Source of the DNA: an uncultured Halobacteriales archaeon
GTDB lineage: Archaea > Thermoplasmatota > E2 > JACPAO01 > JAHFTW01
DNA: 64,000 nt
Reading direction: 5' to 3'
Assembly (NCBI GenBank): GCA_964627625.1
Contig: CAZVJB010000002.1
Coordinates: 92,197-156,196, forward strand
Part shown: piece by piece, positions 45,793-53,527 of the stretch
Numbering within the stretch: the first letter of the stretch is position 1
Layout: every line of letters begins with the position of its first letter
Translations under genes and position numbers: made by a program
Notes under the pieces: model-generated
The model's input: the letters and a program-made list of their open reading frames with translations, nothing else
The model's database searches: none
Told to the model about the DNA's origin: nothing

Positions 45793-48513
45793 ATGGCGCA
45801 AGTCGACCACACGATTGCCAATCTGTTGGGTGGACTCTCCATCGGGTGCAGTCGCCACGCCAAGGCCGTCGTCACCGCCGTGCTGCTCATCACGGTCGTT
45901 TTCGGGTACGGCGTCTCCACCATTACGACGAACGTCGACGTTGCCGATGTTTTGCCCCGTGGGAACTACAACACCGAGGCGGCGCACCAGCTGACGGAGA
46001 AGTTCCGTTCCACGTTTACTCAGCAGGTGACGCTGCAATTGCACATCGACGAAGGCGGGACACGATGGGCAACGGACAACGCGCAGCTCGTCTATCGTAA
46101 CGCAGGCGCCGGCCAGGCGGAACCAGGCGACGCCTTCGGTCCCGGCCAGACGGCGCCGTCGCCGTACAACATCACCGACGAGGTCTATGTCCGCGCGACG
46201 GCAGAACTCGTCGACTTCATGCAGACCCGCACCTCCTTCAGTCGCGCCATTTCCATTTCCAACATCTATTCGCTCCTCAATTGGACGGTTGCTGGCGGCG
46301 ACGGTTCTGGTGCATTGCCGGCTGCAGCGGAATCAGCCTTCGCCCTCCCCGGTTACCTGACGCAGACAGAGGCGGCGCGGTATCAACTCGTCGACCAAAC
46401 GGTCAAGGCCGCCGTCTTGGACACCGTGGATGCCATCTCGAGCCCGTCGTGGGACCATGCTGCCGCTCTTTTCATGCCCGCGTCAGACAACGATATTCCA
46501 AGCAGGGAACTTGGCGAGCAGATGCTGGCGGCGCGGGACGCCTTCGTCGAAGCGGTTCGCACCGGCAAGACGGAGTTCACGGTCTTCGGGCCGGACAATC
46601 CGCCGCTGTTTACCGTCGATTTGCCGATTGCCAACGCCCACTCCAGCGCATTGGTGCGCGAGGACACCCTCCGCCTCATGCCTCTGATTGCGGCCTTCAT
46701 CATAGCCTGCCTCTACGTCGCCTTCCGCAACGTGCGCGCCATTACGGTCAGTTTTACGACCCTCGTCCTCGGCGTCGTCTGGAGTTACGGCACGATGGGC
46801 TTCATGGGAATCCCCCTCAACACGCTCAACATGACGATTGTGCCGCTTGTTATGGGCATCGGCATCGACTACTCAATCCACATCATCAACGAATTCGTCG
46901 AGCACAAGTCAAAGGGCCACAGCGACATCGAGGCGTTTCGCCAGGCCGGTCGCCGCAGCGGTGTTGCCATGCTGATTGCTACCGCCACGACGATTGGGGG
47001 TTTAGTGGTCCTAATCTTCAGCCCGAGCCTTCTGATCGCAGAACTTGGCGTCATCGCCGTCGTCGCCCTCTCCGTCCTCTACCTCTTGGCCATTACGTTC
47101 ATCCCGGCTGCTATCACGGTGCTAGGAGGATCGGAGCGCATGGGAGCCAAGTTCACGCGCAGCCGCTTAATGCCCGCGGCGGCCAGGGCGGTCTACCGGT
47201 CGCGCTGGTTCCTTGTAGTGCCCTTGATTATCATCGTGAGCGCGGTAGCCTATCCGCTTGCCAATTCGGTTGGCAACGAGGCTTTCGGCGACCCCGGACG
47301 CAATTACCCGGCAAACGACCCGATTCGGCGCGAACATGAACAGGGTTTGCGCTGGTTTTACGGCACCCCGGATTCGGACGAGAAGGCCAACATCCTCGCC
47401 TTCAGCGGGAAAGACATCCTGACACCCGAAGCCATTGCCTACTACCGCGCTGTGGAGGCGAACCTCAAGCAGGAGCGGCGCGTCATTCCCGACACGCTGC
47501 GAACCGTGCCTTTCTTCATTGAAACTTGGCTCACGGTCAAAGGCGGTCCAACGGGCGCCTTGCAGACGGTCGTCATCGAGGAGGTCCTGGGCATCCCTTT
47601 CCCGATTCCCGTGCCAGCCCGCCAAACCGTTGACCCGTTCCCGGACACCGAGGAGGAGATCGTGCGGGAGGTCAATGCGATGTTTGCCAGCCCGATGCGC
47701 GAACTTTCATCCATCATCCTGAATCACCCGACGAACGACATGGCCGCCATGACGTTTAGCGTGCGGGCGGCAAGTTATGACGAGGCCGAGCAAGTCTGGA
47801 ACCAGGTCTGGAATGCAGTCGGGAAGGCCAATGCGACCTTTGGCGGAAAGCCGCCGGGGGACCTCCGTGTCGCGTTCATCGGAAACACGGCAACGAACTA
47901 CCTCTTCATCGCCGAGGAATTACCCTGGCTGACCTACATGGCAATTGTCAATAACATCACGCTGGCTGTTCTCGTGCTTGTGATGACGCGCAGCATCAAG
48001 ATGACCCTCGTCGTCTCGCTCCTCTCGGTCCTAACGACGCTTTGGTGGCTGGCACTTCTGCCGAGTTTCGGCATCGGCATGGCAATCACTCTCACGCTGC
48101 CGTTTGCGTTCATTGTCGCAATCGGTACCGACTACGGCGTGCATTTTATGTGGAATATTCGGCAGACCGGCGATGCTCGGGAGGTTTTCGGCAGCACGGG
48201 CAAAGCGGTGCTCTTCTCCGCTATCACGACGACGGGGGCCTTCACGTTCTTCATCTTCGTGCAAAACGTAGCGGTCAGTCGGACGATGCTCGCAACCACG
48301 CTGGCCTTCATCGTGATCTTCATCGTGACCCTGCTTACTGTTCCCGTATTCTTTCGCGTTGGGCCCCGCAAGCGCGGCGCGATTGACGGTTCTGGCGCGA
48401 GGCCGTTCCAGGTGCGCGCCGGCCCAGAATCCCCGGGATGGCCGGCAAAGTCAACCCGCGGCAAGGAAACGCCGTCGCCGCGTCCAAGGAGCCGCGCAAA
48501 ACCCCCCAAATGA
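45793..48513 (+). CDS. MMPL/RND-superfamily exporter (two 6-TM bundles with large extracytoplasmic loops; SSD-like)
   Basis: 906 aa. TM clusters around aa 20-40, 290-450, 470-490 and 740-890. It has the RND/MMPL (HpnN-like) duplicated-topology hallmarks. Confidence 0.8.
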   Translation: MAQVDHTIANLLGGLSIGCSRHAKAVVTAVLLITVVFGYGVSTITTNVDVADVLPRGNYNTEAAHQLTEKFRSTFTQQVTLQLHIDEGGTRWATDNAQLVYRNAGAGQAEPGDAFGPGQTAPSPYNITDEVYVRATAELVDFMQTRTSFSRAISISNIYSLLNWTVAGGDGSGALPAAAESAFALPGYLTQTEAARYQLVDQTVKAAVLDTVDAISSPSWDHAAALFMPASDNDIPSRELGEQMLAARDAFVEAVRTGKTEFTVFGPDNPPLFTVDLPIANAHSSALVREDTLRLMPLIAAFIIACLYVAFRNVRAITVSFTTLVLGVVWSYGTMGFMGIPLNTLNMTIVPLVMGIGIDYSIHIINEFVEHKSKGHSDIEAFRQAGRRSGVAMLIATATTIGGLVVLIFSPSLLIAELGVIAVVALSVLYLLAITFIPAAITVLGGSERMGAKFTRSRLMPAAARAVYRSRWFLVVPLIIIVSAVAYPLANSVGNEAFGDPGRNYPANDPIRREHEQGLRWFYGTPDSDEKANILAFSGKDILTPEAIAYYRAVEANLKQERRVIPDTLRTVPFFIETWLTVKGGPTGALQTVVIEEVLGIPFPIPVPARQTVDPFPDTEEEIVREVNAMFASPMRELSSIILNHPTNDMAAMTFSVRAASYDEAEQVWNQVWNAVGKANATFGGKPPGDLRVAFIGNTATNYLFIAEELPWLTYMAIVNNITLAVLVLVMTRSIKMTLVVSLLSVLTTLWWLALLPSFGIGMAITLTLPFAFIVAIGTDYGVHFMWNIRQTGDAREVFGSTGKAVLFSAITTTGAFTFFIFVQNVAVSRTMLATTLAFIVIFIVTLLTVPVFFRVGPRKRGAIDGSGARPFQVRAGPESPGWPAKSTRGKETPSPRPRSRAKPPK

Positions 48514-48879
48514 CGGGTTGCCGCAAAAAGAAGGGGCTTGTAGCGGATGCCATTGCGTGCGCCAATGCTTGGCGTCGAAGCGGCGGATTTCGATTGCGCA
48601 CGCTGCGGCGCGACATGGACGGCCGCCGCCGCGATTCGACCTGGCGGGCACGCACTAGTCGACATGGCCTGCCCGTCGTGCGGCCTTATCCTTGGAGGCG
48701 TGCGTTGTGACGACGGCGTCCCGACCATGGAACGCCGAGCCCCCAACGCAGAAAACCTCGGAATCCTTCGCGTCTACGCCGGCGACAAAGGCCTGGCGAT
48801 GCTTGGCCGACCGCGATGAAGCCGGTTCGGCCCCCCTTGATGCGCCCGGAAGGGCCCGGCCCCGCCTGGCCCACCCGGG

Positions 48880-49090
48880 CATCGGCGAATCCGACCGGTC
48901 TGACCTCGCACAGGGCTTCGCCCGTGCATCAGTAGCCACGGTCGGATTCGACCCAGCGGCCGGGCAAGCCCAGCCGCTGGGATTCCTCGGCTTCGCCATC
49001 GGCGAACCCGCCCGGGTCTGGACTGGCCGCGGGCGCTGCGCGACCCGACGGAGTAGCCCCGGTCGGATTCGACCGCCCGGCCTTGCAGGC
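48880..49090. repeat. Two degenerate ~105-nt tandem repeats in the MMPL / beta-helix intergenic region
   Basis: atcggcgaa(t/c)ccg(a/c)ccgg…gagtagcc(a/c)cggtcggattcgacc occurs twice. Each copy ends in a GGTCG-GATT-CGACC hairpin. Confidence 0.5.
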
Positions 49091-49151
49091 ATGCTCGACG
49101 GCAGGTTGGCGGCCGCGCCGTTTTCAGGGGCGGTGGAACCATTTGTCCCTT

Positions 49152-50774
49152 TCATCCGTGATGACTATGATGGCATGCGACCTGTTGGCCAAAGGCCGCG
49201 GCCGGCGGGGTGTTGTGTGCAGGACACGTCTCACCCTCCACTGGATTCCTTGTCAGCCACGGGTCAACGATGGCTTCCCCGTAAATGCTGCTGCCCGGTC
49301 CATCGTCCGACCCCCACCAATTCCAGCGCGCATCGACGGGAATCGTTGCAGCCGTGGGATTCCAATTGAATTGTGCCTGGTCAGTATTTACTAGGCCGTA
49401 GCGCGCATTGTCGACGAAGGTGTTGTTCCGGAAGACCGGCTTCTCTTGGCCGACCACGAAGGCGCCATCGACGAGGTTTCCCTCAAACGAGTTGCCCGAC
49501 ACCTCGGAGGTTCCAAGCGGACGACTGGAAAGTTGGCGCAGGATTGCGCCCTCCTCGTTGCCAACGAAGCGATTGTTGCGTATTCGAATCGGGTCTCCTT
49601 GTTGGTACAGACCGAACGAGGTCTGGCCTACAATCTCGTTTCCTTCAATCAAGACGGGAGCGTCCGTCGTCCAGATGCCGGCCGTGTTGTTCGCGATGAG
49701 GTTACCAAGGATATCGGCCTTGACGCCAGGCCCGCAATAGGGGTCGCCGCCATCGACCATGATTGCCATGCCAAATGGAGCGGCCCCGTTGTTCCCAACG
49801 ATTTGGTTTTCCTGGATGAGTACGTACGTTTCGGGACCACAGGCAAACCAACCTGCGGCGTTGTCCTCAACGATGTTCGCGTGAAACGTGGCCTGGCTTC
49901 CAGCCCAGGCCAGGAATGCAAAGTAGTTGCCGGACAGCGTGTTCCCTTCGAAGGCGGCCTGCGAATTGTGGAGTTTGGCGCCGAACGTGAAGCCGTGCAA
50001 AACGTTGCTCGCGAAGCTAAGTGCCTGGCTGTCGCGGACGATAACTGCCGCATCATCATCTATCGGAATCACGGATTTCTGCAGCGGACAGTTGACAAGG
50101 CCATCGCACGTGGTGTCCCGTAGGTCACGCAACATCGGGGAACGACTGGCGTTGACGAGCTCGTCACGAACCGCGTAACCCAAACGCGACGGAGGAGAAA
50201 CGACATTAGAGGTAAGGTCTATGGCGGTAGACGTCTCGACGACGACACCATAGGGATACCCATCCACACTGTTCGACTCGAAGTGCACGTTGGCGGCGTT
50301 CCACGTTCGCAGCCCAACCCATCCGGGGGGCATGACGAATGGGGCGCCGGGCTCGAGCCAATTGTAGGAATCGTCCGCTGTGGTGCCGACGTGGGTGCAT
50401 ATCCCCCAGGTGGGGAAGTTACAGATCACGAAGGGCGGCAAGTAAGCAGGCTGGAGCAACTCGTTGCCGCGCACCACGACATGGGCGTCCGTGTTGGCGA
50501 TGAATATGCCGGCGGCTGCACCCCCCACGATGGCCCAGTTCTGGATGATGTAGGGGTCAGTGGGCGTCCCAGTTCCGGACAGGACGCCGTTGGCCGCATT
50601 GAAATCCATGTTGGACAGGATTGTGATGGGAGCGCGCGGCGTCTTGGAAGGCACATCGGGCAAGATGGGTGCTTCATCGTCCGGGAGCGGAAGCTGCCCA
50701 ACGGCGGGCCCGGAGACGACGGTGGCCATGATTGCCAAGCCTGCCAGGATAGATGCGCGAATTTGAATCGTCAT
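49152..50774 (-). CDS. Secreted right-handed parallel beta-helix repeat protein (NosD / pectate-lyase-like fold)
   Basis: Signal MTIQIRASILAGLAIMATVVSGPAVG. Repeated N/G/V-rich ~22-aa PbH1-like turns (…NIVEDNAAGW…, …NQIVGNNGAAPFGMAIMV…, …GNLIANNTAGIWT…, …GNEIVGQTSFGLY…). Confidence 0.7.
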   Translation of the reverse strand: MTIQIRASILAGLAIMATVVSGPAVGQLPLPDDEAPILPDVPSKTPRAPITILSNMDFNAANGVLSGTGTPTDPYIIQNWAIVGGAAAGIFIANTDAHVVVRGNELLQPAYLPPFVICNFPTWGICTHVGTTADDSYNWLEPGAPFVMPPGWVGLRTWNAANVHFESNSVDGYPYGVVVETSTAIDLTSNVVSPPSRLGYAVRDELVNASRSPMLRDLRDTTCDGLVNCPLQKSVIPIDDDAAVIVRDSQALSFASNVLHGFTFGAKLHNSQAAFEGNTLSGNYFAFLAWAGSQATFHANIVEDNAAGWFACGPETYVLIQENQIVGNNGAAPFGMAIMVDGGDPYCGPGVKADILGNLIANNTAGIWTTDAPVLIEGNEIVGQTSFGLYQQGDPIRIRNNRFVGNEEGAILRQLSSRPLGTSEVSGNSFEGNLVDGAFVVGQEKPVFRNNTFVDNARYGLVNTDQAQFNWNPTAATIPVDARWNWWGSDDGPGSSIYGEAIVDPWLTRNPVEGETCPAHNTPPAAAFGQQVACHHSHHG

Positions 50775-50880
50775 TACGGTGGACTCCTGTTGTACGCCAT
50801 GGGCCGACGGGAAATCCGGCGACTTGGCGGGCAGGTGTCATCGCCGCTGTTTCGAGTTAAGGATTTGCCGGCGTCCTTGA

Positions 50881-50894
50881 GGTGATTTCATAAC
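50881..50894. promoter_or_regulatory. GGTGATTTCATAAC motif about 200 nt upstream of the Kelch/TSP3/wHTH gene; near-identical to a motif at 57649
   Basis: Seen directly: 50881 GGTGATTTCATAAC and 57649 CGTGATTTTTCATAAAC. Confidence 0.35.
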
Positions 50895-51097
50895 TTCCAG
50901 ACAGATGTGCTGGAGTGAATGTATTACCCAATGACTATTAGAACTCGAATCTGGTGTTTTGAGTGCCGGCGGGTCCGGGGTGGTCGCATCGGGGAATTGC
51001 ATGCATCGTGCCAGAGAGGCCGATGCTGGGCAGGGCGTTCCATGGCTACACCATCAACGGGCGCGCTAAGGGCGGTTTCCGGAGACTCCTGTTGACC

Positions 51098-53488
51098 ATG
51101 CGTCTGGGGATGGGAATCGCGATTGCCGGGCTCCTTGGAACCCTTCTAATCCCAATCGGCGAGGCAGCAATCTCATCGGATGCCCGCGTATCAACCGACG
51201 GCTACCTCCCAAGCGGGCGTCATGGGGCGGGCGCGGTGTGGGATTCCGTGCGGCATGTCGTCTACATATTCGGCGGCTTCGACGAGAAGCTCCAAACGGA
51301 CACTGCCGAAATCCTGGAGTTTGACCCGGCATCCTCGGCACGCAACGCGACACTAATCGGCCATCTTCCAGGACCCATGTCGGGCCTTGTCGCCGTCTGG
51401 ACGGGCGAGGTTGCGTACATCGTCGGAGGCGACTCGGATGCAATCATGCAATTCGATCCCGCCACCGCCACGCTCACGGTCCTATCGGTCCGCTTACCCC
51501 ATACCGTGGACTCCCCCGCCGCGGTCTGGACGGGCCGAGCGATGTATCTTTTCGGCGGCACCTCCGATTCCTCCACGCCCGTCGGCACCATCATGCGCTT
51601 CGAGCCCGACGAGATGACTGCCAGCACCCTTGAGGAGACTCTACCTCGCGCTGGGCACTACGCAGCCGTCTGGTCCGGCGATGGCACCGCATACATCCTC
51701 GGCGGAGGCGGAAACGAGATTTACGCATTTACTCCCAACCACGCGCCCTCCCTGGTTCAGCTGAATGTCACCTTGCCGCTGGCCATCGATGCAGCCGGCG
51801 CCGTTTGGGACGGTACAGCCGTGCTCGTCTTCGGTGGTCGGGAGGCTGACGGCAGCCCCAATGGAGGGACGGCTCTCGACACAGTAATACGGTTTGATCC
51901 ACAAGCGCCTCCGTCACAGAGTGTGTCGTATTGGCCGAACCTGCCCGTTCCTGGCACCGAACTTCGAGGCGTCCCCCGCCCCTGCGACAGCGCGTTTCTT
52001 TTGGGTGGCAAATGGCAGACCGCCTCTCTCTATGACGCCATATCGAGGTACGGCCCGCCGCAGTCGACTCCCGGGGATTGCCTCGGGCCCAAGAAATCAG
52101 ACCCGCAATCAGACCCGCAATCCGCGTCCGCAAAGGTATTGCAAGCGGATTTCACGTGGCATTCCAAACCGGTCAAGTGCGGTCCTCGCTCCGTATCGTT
52201 TACTGACACATCAACCCCCGGCGATGCCCCAATCGTCTCATGGGGGTGGGACTTTGGTGACGGCTCGCAATCCGCCGAACAAAACCCCCAACACACCTAC
52301 GCCAATTCGGGAACCTACACCGTCCGCGAAACCGTCACGGATTCCGCGGGAAGCACATCGACGTACGAGACGACGGTCTACGCGCCTGCAAACAAGGAAT
52401 GCATTGAGAAAACTTCACCCTCGTCGACGCAGCATGGGGCGCGGCCGCCGCGCGATGGCAACGGCGAAGCTTCGGGAGACGCCGATGGGGACGGTATCTC
52501 AGATTCGGATGATGATTGCCCCTTCACTGCCGACCCCGAACAGTTAGACGCTGATGGCGATGGCATCGGAGACGTATGCGACGACGACGCGGACAACGAC
52601 GGCATCCGCAACGTGGTCGACAATTGTCCAGTGGTTCCCAACCGGGCCCAAACCGATTTTGATGCCGACGGCTTGGGGGATGTCTGCGACCCCGACGCTG
52701 ATGGCGATACCGTCGCTAATGAAGTGGATAATTGCCTCCAGATGGCCAACGCGGACCAACTGGACAGCGATGCGAACGGTATCGGCGATTCCTGTGATTT
52801 CAAGCAGTCCAACCTATCAAACGAAGCAAGCCAACCTCGCCCAATTTCGAGGGCACGGGGGGTAGCGTCTGTCGGTCGCGAAACGTCCGCGAACGGAGCC
52901 ATTCCCCTGGCAATCGGCATCGCCATCCTCTTGGCCATTATCGTTGCCGCCACCTGTTGGCGAATCGCGCAAGCCAACGCCAGGGGGCCAACAGTCTCCA
53001 AGACGAAGACGCCTCCCGTGGTGTTGCTCTTTAGCCGCATTGGCGACGCCGACCTTCTCAAGCACCCAATTCGCAAACACCTCGTCCAAATCATCCATGA
53101 AAAGCCAGGCATCACGTTCATCGAACTGGTTGCGGCCTCGGGCAAGGGCCGCGGCACAATCGAGCACCACTTGGCGACCCTACAGGCCGGCAGAATCATT
53201 CAAGCTGAACGATCCGGTCGATTCCTGTGTTACTATGCGCGGCCATTGAAGCCGCACGACGCCGAGCGAACCGTGGCGCTACGGTCGGCGTTGGCGCAAG
53301 CCGTGGCTCGTCTGGCCATCCGGCGTCCTGGGACGACGATGTACGAAGCATCCCGCCAACTCGGCGCGGACTACACGGCCATCAAGTACCACGCACGGCG
53401 CCTGGCCGCGGCGGGAATCATCTCGGTAACGCCCGACAATCGCCTGCACGGCGGAGCATGGCACATTCACAACGACACCCGAACGTAG
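51098..53488 (+). CDS. Membrane-spanning fusion: extracellular Kelch propeller, PKD and TSP3 repeats; one TM helix; cytoplasmic tandem winged-helix DNA-binding domains
   Basis: Signal MRLGMGIAIAGLLGTLLIPIGEAA. Kelch-like blades (VYIFGGFD…, AYIVGGDSD…, MYLFGGTSD…, AYILGGGGN…, VLVFGGREADG…). PKD WGWDFGDGSQS…HTYANSGTYTVRETVTD. TSP3 DADGDGISDSDDDCPFTADPEQLDADGDGIGDVCDDDADNDGIRNVVDNCPVVPNRAQTDFDADGLGDVCDPDADGDTVANEVDNC…. TM IPLAIGIAILLAIIVAATCW. Then …HPIRKHLVQIIHEKPGITFIELVAASGKGRGTIEHHLATLQAGRII… and …TMYEASRQLGADYTAIKYHARRLAAAGIISV…, the two wHTH units shared with 59444-59998. The start may be the upstream MLGRAF at 51023. Confidence 0.75.
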   Translation: MRLGMGIAIAGLLGTLLIPIGEAAISSDARVSTDGYLPSGRHGAGAVWDSVRHVVYIFGGFDEKLQTDTAEILEFDPASSARNATLIGHLPGPMSGLVAVWTGEVAYIVGGDSDAIMQFDPATATLTVLSVRLPHTVDSPAAVWTGRAMYLFGGTSDSSTPVGTIMRFEPDEMTASTLEETLPRAGHYAAVWSGDGTAYILGGGGNEIYAFTPNHAPSLVQLNVTLPLAIDAAGAVWDGTAVLVFGGREADGSPNGGTALDTVIRFDPQAPPSQSVSYWPNLPVPGTELRGVPRPCDSAFLLGGKWQTASLYDAISRYGPPQSTPGDCLGPKKSDPQSDPQSASAKVLQADFTWHSKPVKCGPRSVSFTDTSTPGDAPIVSWGWDFGDGSQSAEQNPQHTYANSGTYTVRETVTDSAGSTSTYETTVYAPANKECIEKTSPSSTQHGARPPRDGNGEASGDADGDGISDSDDDCPFTADPEQLDADGDGIGDVCDDDADNDGIRNVVDNCPVVPNRAQTDFDADGLGDVCDPDADGDTVANEVDNCLQMANADQLDSDANGIGDSCDFKQSNLSNEASQPRPISRARGVASVGRETSANGAIPLAIGIAILLAIIVAATCWRIAQANARGPTVSKTKTPPVVLLFSRIGDADLLKHPIRKHLVQIIHEKPGITFIELVAASGKGRGTIEHHLATLQAGRIIQAERSGRFLCYYARPLKPHDAERTVALRSALAQAVARLAIRRPGTTMYEASRQLGADYTAIKYHARRLAAAGIISVTPDNRLHGGAWHIHNDTRT

Positions 53489-53527
53489 TACCCAATCGCC
53501 TTTAGATACCCCTCCCGGTGGAGTATT

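Noticed and set aside
48930-49075. tRNA-like T-arm (ggtcggattcgacc) in the tandem repeats
   Set aside because: The stem GGTCG/CGACC encloses only a 4-nt loop (GATT), not the 7-nt TΨC loop. No acceptor or D-arm could be built on either strand.
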